64,000 bases of DNA from positions 20,956,001 to 21,020,000 of the forward strand of contig OX597836.1 of the NCBI GenBank assembly GCA_951406725.2, written 5' to 3'. Under the pieces are notes generated by a model, which did not search any database, had not been told where the DNA came from, and saw only the letters and a program-made list of their open reading frames with translations. Numbering within the stretch: position 1 is the stretch's first letter; every line of letters begins with the position of its first letter. This stretch comes from Octopus vulgaris. Lineage: Eukaryota. Of the stretch, positions 1 through 12,206 are shown piece by piece. The position numbers were made by a program, and so were the translations under genes.

Positions 1-864
1 TTGTACTTCATTGTTACTTTACCATCAATAATTAAGGAGGCGCTTGTATTTCCAGCCAACCCTACCGCAACCCCAGTTTGCTAAATAGCTTTTGGTTGTT
101 CCTATTACAATGGTGGCTCTTCACCTCAATTCATTGAAGAATAAAAATGATGATACCAAACAGAAAATATGTCAAAACACATTTAAACAGTTGTTCAAAC
201 TGTGCAATATAAATTTGATCAATCAGAAATGATTATTCAACAGACTTCAAACGAAAATCATGAAACCATTTACAAGAATTTCTATATTTATTGATGATGT
301 TGGTGTTGTTATCAGTATTGATGTTGGTGATGCTGAAGTTAGTCTTATTTTCAAAAGTACTTATACATTTTGCTGTTTTCTATGGTGTGTTTTTTATTTT
401 TAATAAACCAAACAAATTGTATTAAAAAAAGGAAAGTAATTTTTTAAAGAGGAAAGAAAGTTGTTTAATAATTCATGATTTCCAAAACAATTTTTATAAA
501 TTTTTTTTTTATCATTTCAATTTAACGTTTCAAATTTTATTAAGTTAACTAGAGTGTTACCCATCATATAATGGGTAACTTTGGAAGTATATACATTCGC
601 CACCATGGGTAATAATCAGAAAATATAACATACACACACACAACGATTATAATTTAACTTTTATTGAATTTTTGGGTGCTTATATAAAAACAATGAAATG
701 AATAGTAATTTTCAAATGAAAAATATTTATTACCTTAAAATATAATTAGTAGAACGTCAATCAAAAAGTAAAAATTGAAAATAAAATTTTTCATGTGGAT
801 TTGATATTATGGAAGTTCACATGTACACCCACTCCTCCATTCCCCTCCCCTCGTATATATCTTT

Positions 865-1061
865 TGTCTTTTATTTGTTTCAGTCATTATACTGTGGCCA
901 TACTGGGGCACTGACTTCAAGAACTTTTAGTCAAATGAATTGATGCCAGTACTTATTTTCTGTTTCAAGCTTGGTATTTATTCTATCAGTCTCTTTTGCC
1001 AAAACGCTAAGTTACATGAACATGAATACACCAATTATTAAGCAGTGGAGGACAAATACAT

Positions 1062-1128
<67 letters not shown>

Positions 1129-1285
1129 ACAGGCTTCTCCTAGTTTCCATCTACCAAATCCACTCTCAAAGCTTTGGCAGGCCTGAGGCAATAGAAGATA
1201 TTTGTCCAAGGTGTCATGCAGTGGGACTGAACCTGGAACAATGTGGTTAGGAAACAAGCTTCTTACCACACAGTCATGCCTGCAT
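865..1285 (-). mobile_element. tRNA-head SINE family A (CORE-like, probably octopus OR2-type), older copy
   Basis: Colinear with young copies at 9535, 32615, 50745 and 59618 (tgtttcagtcat...ccatgctggagcacc...ctaccaaatccactcac...gtgggactgaacc...ttaccacacag); internal (CA)n. Family name is from memory, not a search. Confidence 0.85.
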
Positions 1286-1519
1286 ACACACACACACACA
1301 CACACATTTATTCCCTTTTCTCCTCCAGTTTCTATGATTCTTTCTCCCTCACTGTGTGTGTGGGGGGGGGGCATTCATTTACCCCTTGCTTTACACCAAG
1401 CCTAGTTTCTGCACTCATCTTGTACTTCTTATGTTAACTTTCTGTATCTTTCACTCCTTATACAATGTAAAACATGACTGAAGAAATCAACGAACCAACA
1501 AGCATTTATCTTTTAACTT

Positions 1520-1840
1520 TTTATCTTTTTCTCGTTTCAGTCACGAGACTATGGCCACGCTGTGACATCAACTTGAAGAATTTTTTTAAAGCCTGGTACT
1601 TATTTTATCAGTCTCTTTTGGCAAACCACTATGTTACGGGGATGTAAACAAACCAACACTGGTTGTCAAGTAGTGGTGGGGACAAATACAGACACAAAGA
1701 CACACACACAGATTGTATATACACAACAGACTTCTTTTAGTGTCCTTCAACCAAACCCTCTCACAAGGCTTTGGTCATCCCAAGGCTATATTAGAAGACA
1801 GTTGCCCTAGGTGCCACGCAGTGGGACTGAACCCTGAATC
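1520..1840 (-). mobile_element. SINE family A, diverged, head truncated
   Basis: Same colinear blocks as the young family A copies. Confidence 0.8.
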
Positions 1841-1939
1841 ATTTAAATCAGCTATTATTATATAAAGATAATACATTAACTGCATTTTCCTTTATTATGC
1901 AGTAGTGGAGCTGTACTACTTAAGAAAGAGTCGTGAGGA

Positions 1940-2595
1940 GGATAAGGAAGACAGAGGTGGTGATGGTAGTTATGATGATGGCAATGATAATGATGGTAAT
2001 GTTGATGATGATGATGAGGAGGAGGAGGAGGGTGGTGATGGTGGTGGTAGTCGTGATGATGATGGCAATGATAATGATGGTAATGTTGATGATGATGATG
2101 ATGAGGAGGAGGAGGAGGAGGGTGTGGTGGTGGTGGTAGTCGTGATGATGATGGCAATGATAATGATGGTAATGTTGATGATGATGAGGAGGAGGAGGAG
2201 GAGGGTAGTGGTGGTGGTGGTGGTAGTCGTGATGATGATAGCAATGATAATGATGGTAATGTTGATGATGATGATGATGAGGAGGAGGAGGAGGAGGGTG
2301 GTGGTGGTAGTCGTGATGATGCTGACAATGATATTGATGGTTGTGGTGGTGGTAGTGGTGGTGACAATAATGATGGTGGTGCTGGAGATGATGATTATGA
2401 TAAGGAGGAGGAGGAGGAATGGTGACGCTAGTGGTTGTGGTAATGATGATGATGGTGATGATAATGAGAGTGGTGGTGGTGGTGGTGGTGGTGGTGATAA
2501 GGATGGTGATGGTAATGATGGTTATGATGCTGATAAGGATAGCGCTGTTGTTGCAGCAGCTGCTGCTGCTGCTGATGATGATGATGATTGTGATT
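1940..2595. repeat. Compound (GAT/GGT/GAG) trinucleotide array with a roughly 85-90 bp higher-order unit
   Basis: Unit ggtagtcgtgatgatgatggcaatgataatgatggtaatgttgatgatgatgaggaggaggagggtggtggt recurs 4-5 times. Confidence 0.95.
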
Positions 2596-2767
2596 GTAAG
2601 CGGCAGCAAATATGGAAGTTGAAATGATGACATAAGTTTGGTGCCAAAATAATTCACCCTACCCTCTTTACCCGCAACACTCCAATCATCACCACGCACC
2701 TTCCAGTTTGCTAAATCACTGTCTATCTATTTTCTTTTGATCCACTTCTGGTATGGATTTAAATCAA

Positions 2768-2821
<54 letters not shown>

Positions 2822-2939
2822 TTTTGAAAAATCTGACTGGCTTCCATTTACAATCAAATAATACTGTCCATCTAGGAGACACATGTACAATTTCTGTTGT
2901 GTTTTGTCAGTTTCCTCTTTTTTCCTTATTTTTTTGTCA

Positions 2940-3352
2940 TTATTTATTTATTTATTTCTGTTAATATTATTTATTTATTTTTGTTAATATTATTTATTTA
3001 TTTATTTATTTTTGTTAATATTATTTATTTATTTATTTATTTTTGTTAATATTATTTATTTATTTATTTTTGTTAATATTATTTATTTATTTCTGTTAAT
3101 ATTTATTTATTTATTTATTTATTTCTGTTAATATTATTTATTTATTTTTGTTAATATTATTTATTTATTTTTGTTAATATTATTTATTTATTTCTGTTAA
3201 TATTATTTATTTATTTATTTATTTCTGTTAATATTATTTATTTATTTATTTATTTTTGTTAATATTATTTATTTATTTTTGTTAATATTATTTATTTATT
3301 TATTTATTTATTTCTGTTAATATTATTTATTTATTTATTTATTTATGTTAAC
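2940..3352. repeat. AT-rich minisatellite (tgttaatatta[ttta]n)
   Basis: About 16 units of 22-30 bp with a variable number of TTTA. Confidence 0.95.
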
Positions 3353-4170
3353 ATGAAACAGCTAAGTGCAGGGACAATACCAAATCTTAATGGCATGCCA
3401 GACCACATCCCCCACCAGCATCAGTGCAACACACAATTATTACAAATGCTACATAGCCTTCAATTTCTCTTCAAACAACCTTTTGAAATATGTACTAGCT
3501 TTACATTGAATGTCCGACTAATGTTTACAAAAATAAACAAATAATATAAAAGTACAACAACAATGGTTTCAAATTTTGGTATAAGGCCAACATTTTTGGG
3601 GGAGGGGTCTAGTCAATTAAATTCACACACACACACACACAGCACACTGCTCAACTGGTACTTATTTTATCACTCCCAAAAGGATAAAAAGCAAAGTCAA
3701 CTTCAGTAGAATTTGAACTCAAAACATAATGGTCGAAATGTTGCTTAAGCATTTTGGCTGACATGCTAATGATTCTGCCAGCTCGCTGCCTTAATAATAA
3801 TGGTTTCAAATTTTGGCACAAGACCAGCAAGTTTGGGGGAGGAGTAAATCGATTGCACTGACCCTAGTGCTTCACTGTTTTTGAACTCAAAATATAAGGC
3901 ATAAGTATTAAAAGTTCACTTCACAAACACATGGTCCCAGGTTCAATTCCACGGCATGCATACTGTGCAGATGTCTTCAACAATAGCTTCAGTGAGTTAA
4001 AAATTTAGATGTAAATTGTGACACTATATATGTATGTACATACATATGTATTATTCAAAATAGTTTGATTCAGTTCCATGCTACTTCAAGTTTCACAGGC
4101 CACTAATAGGAGCCTGACTCTGTCAGGCTTCTAGAATGCCAAATGGAGAGATCAAGAAGTCCAAGATGGT

Positions 4171-4285
4171 TACCAGAAGATAGGCAGCTATTGGTCAAGG
4201 AGGGTCACATGGTATTGTAGCAAAAAATACCAACTATTTGCCACCATGTGACCCTCCTTGACCAATAGCAGCCTATCTTCTGGTA
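4171..4285. repeat. 43-bp near-perfect inverted repeat with 29-nt spacer
   Basis: 4171-4213 is the reverse complement of 4243-4285 except for one A/A mismatch. Confidence 0.95.
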
Positions 4286-4457
4286 GCAATATATTGTGAT
4301 ATAATCAAAAATGTTTGCATGCAGCACACATCTGTCACTGACCAGGTTACAGTATTATGTAACATGATTTTCAACTTCATATTACAAACAATATATGCTT
4401 AAATGAAGTTTTTGCGTGCTTCCAAATGGCTAACCTGTATCTTTCATGCAGCGATTA

Positions 4458-4680
4458 TATGAGGGGGCGCTGAAAAGTTCCTAGCTTTGAGTAAAAGAAA
4501 ATACAGGAGGGTCAGTTAATTATGATTTTATTGAACATATTTCCTTCTCAGATTCACATGCTTGTTGCGAAGGCCCTTGAGGCTTTCAAAGCCCTGTAAA
4601 AGAACTAAGAAGGTTGAGCCTCCAACAAGACTTTTTGCGATGCCCTTAAAGCCAGGATCTTTTCAGTACCCCCAATATCT
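4458..4680. mobile_element. Mariner-like terminal fragment
   Basis: Starts ta-tgagggggcgctgaaaagttcc, resembling mariner TIRs (TACGAGGG...TGAAAAGT). No partner TIR seen. Confidence 0.45.
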
Positions 4681-4887
4681 GCTTGGCTTTTTTTTATCCC
4701 TTTTTCTTTTCTGCGTAGGCATGTGTATCGATATGTATATGTGTATGTACATGTGTGTATATGTGAATGCTTGTGAGAGAGAAAGAGTCTTGTTTCTGCA
4801 TTGCTTCACACTGATGCTATTTGAGCAAAAGCAGTGACGCATGTTTATGTTGCTTGGGAAACATTATGTGCCATTACTCAGTTGTTT

Positions 4888-4951
4888 TAGCTACTGATGA
4901 GTACTTTCTGACAACTCAGTTTCTTAAATATGAATTTCTTGTCTTTCTGTA
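4888..4951 (+). ncRNA. 5' half of a minimal type I hammerhead ribozyme (Penelope-type), 3'-truncated
   Basis: tagcta-CTGATGA-gtac...gta with no GAAAC; 4896-4951 is identical to 6372-6427. Confidence 0.7.
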
Positions 4952-5049
4952 TAACAACAACAGTGAAACAAAAAAAAAAAAGAAACAGGTATGTGAAAAA
5001 CCAGCCAGGATTGGCAGCAAGAAAGGCATCTGGATGATATTATTAACCA

Positions 5050-5417
5050 TCTTACAAACAATAACTCTGAGCACCTTTTCAAACTCCACCTGTCCAACAC
5101 CCATGGACATGTTTACAAAGTCAGAAAACAGCACAGCTCCCATGACTTTCAAAAACATTTTTTCGTGCTAAGAGTTGCTGAAGCATGGAACAAACTGCCG
5201 GCATCAGTTGTTAGTTGTCGGAGCACTGCATCCTTCAAAATGTCCATGCTTCCTGAGATTCGCCAACACTACACCTGATTTTTCTCCCCTCCATACACAT
5301 GCAAGCATATATCTGACTCATACACTGTTCCCTTTCCAGACATTTGTACATTACTGCATATGCTTTATATGCACTTTTGACAAGTTGTGGTGCACCTGAG
5401 CACTGTATACAATAATT

Positions 5418-5447
<30 letters not shown>
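5050..5447 (+). mobile_element. CR1-like LINE 3' end (RT C-terminus, 3'UTR, (TTA)n tail)
   Basis: Frameshifted THGHVYKVRKQHSSHDF...LRVAEAWNKLPASVVSCRSTASFK; matches the TRGH...RV..WN.LP..VV motif of CR1/L2 ORF2 ends. Confidence 0.85.
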
Positions 5448-5448
<1 letters not shown>

Positions 5449-5799
5449 AAACAGTGTCTTTACAAGTTACATCAAACCCATACCAGTTTGAAGAAACAGA
5501 CGTAAAAATAATAATGGCAACACAACTGAATTTGTTTCTTTAGCTCTTGGTAATTGTGTATGTATGTGCATGTTTGAAAGTGTATACACACACATGCACA
5601 CTATATTTTTATGGCATTGGTAACCACACACTGAAATTACTGAGCTATGGGGAATTTCGTTTAAAAGATGTGTAGACAAGCATCATGGTTTCTCTCCAAA
5701 TGGTATCAATGTCAAACGGAAACAAAATTCTCTTACACACACATGCATACATACATACATACACACACACACACATGCGTATTTATGTATATATAAAAG

Positions 5800-6075
5800 A
5801 GGTAATGGTGTCATTGAGACCCAAAGGTATCAGGTAATGCTGAATAAGTGCTATAGACAGACCATAGTTAAGTTCCAGATTCGGTAATATTGCGAATAAA
5901 GGGTTCAACGTTGGTTCTATGTCAGCGTGTGTATATAAGAATTTTTTGCGTAATAAGATAAAAAATCAAGGGTGTATAGATATTAGAGCATTTATAGATA
6001 GAAATGCTCTATCTATAAATGCTCTAACATCTATAAAGCCTTGTTTTTTTTATCTTATTATGCAAAAAATTCTTA
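5800..6075. repeat. Dispersed repeat ending in a roughly 70-bp-arm palindrome
   Basis: 5800-5925 recurs at about 30922-31048; about 5932-6002 pairs with about 6008-6079 around a 5-nt loop (aatgc). Confidence 0.85.
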
Positions 6076-6369
6076 TATATATATATATACATGTATATAA
6101 TATGATGAAGGGAACACTGGCAAGTTACTTTTTAAAAAAAAACATTAATAAATTTAATGTAAAAGGCAATTTAGAAAAAGAGAAGGAAGAGAAAGAAAGA
6201 AACTAACAGAAAATGAAGAGTGAAGAAATATAGTGTGATAGATGAATGGAAATAAAGCTTAAAAGCGTGTAAATAGACATGGCTCCAAGAACAATAACAC
6301 ACTACAAAATTATTAATAACATCATACCTATGTAATTTCTAAGGTCTTTTTAGTTCTTTTTATTTTGTA

Positions 6370-6446
6370 CAGATGAGTACTTTCTGACAACTCAGTTTCT
6401 TAAATATGAATTTCTTGTCTTTCTGTACGAAACAATTGTATAGCTA
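6370..6446 (+). ncRNA. Minimal hammerhead ribozyme copy with intact 3' half and damaged 5' half
   Basis: CAGATGA (consensus CTGATGA)-gtac...gtac-GAAAC-aatt-GTA-tagcta, followed by aataaa. Confidence 0.7.
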
Positions 6447-6902
6447 CATGAATAAAAAGATTTCCATCCATTTTAACATCTAATCTCCTCCATTTATGTA
6501 AATAAGAATGAATTTGTTGAACTCTGTTCAATAAGTTAGATCATATACTTAATATTTCTGTATAACTTTTCATATCTACACAAATTTACACTAGTAAATC
6601 CAAAAATAAAGTATGAAGAAACAATGTTAGAAATCTTTCGAAATTACTCCAATTAAAGGACAAACTCGCATTCAAACCCTTTAAAAAAAAAATATATATA
6701 TATATATGAATATATATATAAACATATCTATATTTTTGTTACTTTTCATTTGTCTTGCTCGCTTACGATTTTGGTATTTGCTAAATTTTCTCGAGAACAT
6801 TTCTTATTGGTAAGACCATAGCTGATCTACTTCTAATATTAGGGTGTCCACATAGTGGTAATCTCTCTTATATGTATGTAATAGTATATATAAACATATA
6901 TT

Positions 6903-7032
6903 CTACCTTTCATCCTTTCGGGGTCGATAAATAAAGTACCAGTTACGCACTGGGGTCGATGTAATCAACAATCCCTTTGTCTGTCCTTGTTTGTCCCCTC
7001 TATGTTTAGCCCCTCGTGGGCAATAAAGAAAT
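6903..7032 (+). mobile_element. SINE family C, 3' half
   Basis: cctttcatcctttcggggtcgataaa...aataaagaaat matches 22857-23454. Confidence 0.9.
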
Positions 7033-7622
7033 ATATATATATATACACACACACACACATAAACATACATAAACACACATACAATAGGCTTCTGTGCAAT
7101 TTGTCTCCCAAATCTCATGCGGAACATATTGGTTGACCCAAGGCTACAAAAGGATCAAACCCAAAATACCACACAGTAAGAGAAAACCCCAAATCACATG
7201 GTTGCAAAGCGAACTTCCTAACCACAAAGTCATGTCGGCTAAAAAGACTTTGTAGCACTTAATTTCAGCAAAGTTAACACCAAGATGTACTAAGCCATTC
7301 CTGTTTGCTAAGTAAAAAAAAATAATAATAAGTACAAGACAAAATACTGAGTTGAGTGAGATAATATAAATGACTAAAAGTGAGAAAATGTCTGAAGGTG
7401 GTGTTTCTTCAGCATGGCTGCAGTCAAAAGATTGACATTAGTAAAACATTAGTAAAACATTTAAATATGGTGTTGATATTTATATTTCATCACAATACAC
7501 CAGAGATCTCAACAGTCCATTGGAAATGCATTTAAAGTTTATGATATAATGTTTTGTCACCAGTAAACACTATGATTCCGATGAGCCAACAGGGTAGCAA
7601 ATTAGGAATTATGTAAACACAA

Positions 7623-7625
<3 letters not shown>

Positions 7626-7714
<89 letters not shown>
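7626..7714. repeat. (TG)n microsatellite
   Basis: Direct read. Confidence 0.99.
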
Positions 7715-7716
<2 letters not shown>

Positions 7717-7922
7717 TGTACACATATATACATTAGAGAAGCTAAAAGCAAGACTGAAGGTGGTATTTTTTGATGGGAAGGACACTTTTGGCTTGAATTT
7801 ATCTTTTGTGTCATGTGGAGCAGAGAATGAGATTGAAAGCTAACTGAAGGACTGCCCAGGGCAGCATAAACTTGAGCTATGCCAATGTACATGTACCACA
7901 CACACACACGCACACACACACA

Positions 7923-7965
<43 letters not shown>

Positions 7966-8689
7966 CTGTGGCCATACTTTACAAAGATAAGTGAGGTAAA
8001 TGATTTAGAAATGTCTGGGGAAAGTAGACTGATGCCAAATGTTAATATAAAAAGTAGTAAATAAATGGTAAATATGAAATTTTTCAATGAAATTTTAAAA
8101 CTAAGAAACATATATTAAAGCCATATTTTCAGGCCAAATCACCATAACACTGTGTATAAGGCTGGACCTTAAAATTCCAGGCATGATCTTTTCAATGACC
8201 TTTCCCAATTTCTATCCACCCCATATTATTTACAGGGTTTAGGTCAACTTAAGGCTATGGTAAATGACATTTGCCAATGATGTCATGCAGTGGATTTGAG
8301 CCCAAGACCTTACAATTATCAAGAAATTTCTTAACCATTCAAACACACAAAGAAAACCAAGCACACAGAAAAGAAATTCTATCCTGACAGAGATTATAGA
8401 TGTATGATAACGAAATCTCTCTTTATTAAATAGTTTCGCTTCCTGTTGTAATAAACATCTAAAAGGCAAATACTATTACATTATTCATAGTCTGCGCTGT
8501 ATTTGCTCTGGTTGAAACCAACCGATCTGATGCTATCTGAGATTATCAATGGATTTCCAACTCTATGAACAGAACAAAGAACCATTCTATACAGATTCAT
8601 CTGATCCATAGACGTAAAGATAAACTAAATAGAGGGGAACACAGAGAAGAAAAGTATTCATCAAAACGGAGAATATAAATATACATACG

Positions 8690-8721
<32 letters not shown>

Positions 8722-8759
8722 CATACATACATACATACACATACGTATGTATATTAATC

Positions 8760-8848
8760 ATTTTGGGTTGGCTGTGGTTTCATGTTTTACCATATCAGCT
8801 TGGTTGAACAAGCTAAGGTGAAACATGAAGGCCCAGCCAGCTCAAAAT
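8760..8848 (+). other. 89-nt imperfect hairpin (about 32 bp plus 6 bp stem)
   Basis: 8760-8791 pairs with 8817-8848; agcttg/caagct forms an apical stem; four G-U and no A-C appositions on the plus strand. Confidence 0.75.
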
Positions 8849-9360
8849 AATAAATATATGTGAATGCATATATTTATATATATAACTTAATGTGCAAGTT
8901 ATATGGTTCTACTATCAAATAAGCGGCTGGTATTTTTGTCAGTTACCTAGAAATTGATCGAGAATGCCAAAGATGTGTGTGTATGTGTAATACAATAGCT
9001 CTTATGTACTCAAATATCTCTGATACTTTTGGCTTTCCATAACAAGTAGCAAAAAGCAAAATCTTCAGGAAATATTTCAAAGTAATCTCATGTACCTCAC
9101 TTTACAAAATTAAATTCTTTCCAACGGTATAATGCGTACGTCTGTACGCATGTGTGAACATAAATGTGTATGTGTACCCATGCAAGTGTGTATGTGCATA
9201 CGGGTACATGATATAACACCATTAAATTGAATAAACCACAAGAGAGAGAAAGCGAGTGAGACAGGCAGATAAGACATATATAAAGAGACAGATAGGCACA
9301 CAAACAGTCAGAGAGAGAGACAGTTAGAGAGACAGGCAAATGAAGAGACAGCTTGACAAA

Positions 9361-10005
9361 TAGAGACAGCTAGACAGATAGAGAGATACACAGACATATA
9401 AACAGACGTAATGGTCTCTACTGAGTAAAAAGCATTTCCACTAGATCAGCACAAATTCATAGGATGGATATATTAAACAATCTGGTTACATCATACACAT
9501 TACTCATATAGCATACATCAAGACGCACACTAATACTCTTTACTCTTTACTCTTTTACTTGTTTCAGTCAGTTGACTGCGGCCATGCTGGAGCACCGCCT
9601 TTAGTCGAGCAACTCGACCCCGGGACTTATTCTTTTGTAAGCCCAGTACTTATTCTATCGGTCTCTTTTGCCGAACCGCTAAGCAACTGGGACATAAACA
9701 CACCAGCATCGGTTGTCATGCAATGCTAGAGGGACAAACACAGACACACAAACATATAGACACACATAATATATATATAAATATACATATATATACGACA
9801 GGCTTCTTTCAGTTTCCGTCTACCAAATCCACTCACAAGGCTTTGGTCGGCCCGAGGCTATAGTAGAAGACACTTGCCCAAGATGCCACGCAGTAGGACT
9901 GAACCCGGAACCATGTGGTTGATTAGCAAGCTACTTACCACACAGCCACTCCTGCGCCTAATGTGTATGTACACACACTCACACAGGGCTAACCACTCAA
10001 ATTCC
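9361..10005 (+). repeat. Local duplication copy A (partner 15457-15703), interrupted by a SINE
   Basis: Shared blocks atttccactagatcagcacaaattca and cacacagggctaaccactcaaattccc. Confidence 0.9.
9535..9959 (-). mobile_element. SINE family A, young full-length copy
   Basis: Minus-strand head ggcgcaggagtggctgtgtggtaag (A box) and ggttcagtcc (B box), CORE-like cttgggcaagtg, tail (agagtaa)n; CpGs retained. Confidence 0.95.
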
Positions 10006-10668
10006 CTTTTTAACAACAACAATAACAACACACACACGAAATATTTTCAGCTATTCACCAACAACAAAGTAGAGAAGGAGTAAAAAAAAAATACAACTGT
10101 TGTTGTCATTTTGCAGCAATCTATCGCCTTTTAGGATTAATGAATTAAATCAGCATAATGATGATGTTACAGTTTACAGCAGTCTAAATTTCTAATTTCT
10201 TATGAATCAATCAAGCACGAAAATAAAAATTTAAAATGTAAAATGTAAAAAATATAAAATGAAGAAAAGCAATAACCATCAGATTAAAGTGTTTTTAGAA
10301 TAATTTCACTTGGCAAGGCCCAGGGTCAATCTGTGTCAGGGAGAAATGGAGCGAAATAGTTCTTCAAATGTTTTTTTAATTCGTGCCATTGTGCTAGAAC
10401 TTCATTTATTAAACCCATCAGGCAGGGTCGTGTGGTTAAGAAGCTTGCATCACAGCAGCTACATAACTTTCTGGTTCAATCCCACTGTGTGGCATCATGG
10501 ACAAGTGTCTCCTCAGCCATTACCTAGAACAAACCTAGGCTGGAAAAAGCTCATCAGATGGACTGTAACTATTCCATGGGGCAGAAGGCCTAATCCATCA
10601 CCTAGTTCAATTTAATACTACCTTCCCCAATTGGTTCATGGATGACTTTAGTGGAGTCCCCGTTGAAA

Positions 10669-10743
10669 GCATCTGGACTAGGTATGGCTGTATGGTTAAG
10701 TTTTGCATCTGGACTATGTATGGCTGTATGGTTAAGTTTTGCA
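10669..10743. repeat. Tandem duplication of about 35 bp
   Basis: gcatctggacta(g/t)gtatggctgtatggttaagtttt twice. Confidence 0.9.
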
Positions 10744-11965
10744 ATTGTCCACGATTTGATCCCAGTGTGTGGCAAAACTTAGGTTGATTTAAGCCATGTG
10801 ATTACTGGGCAGAGGGAACTCAGCTGGCCTGGCCTTGTCACATATTGCAGATTTGGCCTAAGAATTAAAATAAAGGTATACATTTCTGTGGAATAATGAA
10901 CAGCATTACTTATATGACAGTGATCCTTGTTTACAACCATCATGCGGCATCAAGACAAGGGAACACACACACACAATAGACTTCTTTCAGTTTCTGCCTA
11001 CTAAATCCACTCACAAGGTTGGCTTGAGCTTACTATAGAAGATGCTTGCCCAAGGTGCTACACAGTGGGACTGAACCAGAAAGTAAGCCTTTTAAACACA
11101 CAGCCTGCATCCACTCGCAAGCAAGTATGAGTTAATAACCTGTACTATGCTTTTGTTAAATGTTTTAAGTGCCTATGTAGATGTGAGCAGACACAGACAT
11201 TATCTCAGCCTTCCCATCCTTGAACCAGTGGGACATGAAGATGTAACAACAAGTGTGGAGAAAGAGAGATCCACAATGGCACACAATTGGGACTCATTTC
11301 CAGTTGAGTAGACTAACACAATGAAATGAAGTGCCTTGCTCAAAGACACAATGTGCCACATGTTCCAGAAATCAAACCCACAACTTTGTGCTCATGTGCC
11401 CAACATCCTAGTCACTAGGCCAAGCATGGGTGACCCTTTTTTGAAAAGTGGGCCACATGAGGCATGGCCTATCATCAGGAAGGCTATGCTACAAAAAAAT
11501 TTCAAATTACTTTATCATTAGACATGCCATTCTGAAAACTTCACAACGTATAAGTTGTCCATAACTGTTCTAGACCCAAAACCTTCACACACAAACACAG
11601 AATACTTTATAGGTCCTCCATTGGTCAAGGATGAGTATGCACAAGTATGTGCAAACTTGGGTATGATCATTTGAGCATGCAAATCTCACCTATCTACTGG
11701 AGGGCCACTACAACTAAGCACAAGTATCATTGCAGGTGTTGCTGTCAGAAACACAAAGAGCCAGAATTAGACACCACAAGCTATCTTTACCGACACCCAT
11801 AACAGCTCTGCTAGTCTACTATGATAAATTGTTACCCTTTCTTATCAAACCTGAAAGAATGTAAAGCAACGTTGAAGTTGGTGGGATCTAAACTCAGAAT
11901 ACAGAGGACACACAGGAACCAATACCACATGGTATTTTATCTTAATAACTGCCAATTCACAACCT

Positions 11966-11998
<33 letters not shown>

Positions 11999-12012
11999 CA
12001 CTACTACTACCA

Positions 12013-12046
<34 letters not shown>

Positions 12047-12075
12047 AACTACTACTACTACTACTACTACTACTA
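11966..12075. repeat. (CTA/CCA)n microsatellite
   Basis: Direct read; complementary to 12264-12530. Confidence 0.98.
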
Positions 12076-12128
12076 TAGCAAGGGTGTAGTTCATTCATGC
12101 TGTTTGCTTGTTTTGTTATTTAATCACT

Positions 12129-12206
12129 GGATTAGTAAACGCTGCAGTGATATCAGATGTAATCTACCTTCATAAATCTGATATATCACTGCAGTGTTAC
12201 TAATCC
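12129..12206 (+). ncRNA. Candidate pri-miRNA hairpin (no family recognised)
   Basis: About 30-bp stem 12129-12158/12176-12206 with 17-nt loop. UG at 12128-29 and CTAC at 12213-16 fit the -14 and +17 Microprocessor offsets for cuts at 12142/12196. Confidence 0.5.

Noticed and set aside
1876-2699. Long ORFs of 160-260 aa
   Set aside because: Translations of trinucleotide repeats, open on both strands with no domain.
4910-6423. The 56-nt repeat read as duplicated minus-strand microexons (tacag|KDKKFIFKKLSCQK|gtactc)
   Set aside because: Donor is weak, and the hammerhead core with paired stems on plus explains the sequence better.
9440-9495. C/D snoRNA on minus in the duplicated block
   Set aside because: C box is imperfect (UGAUGU), the span is only about 50 nt, and there is no terminal stem.
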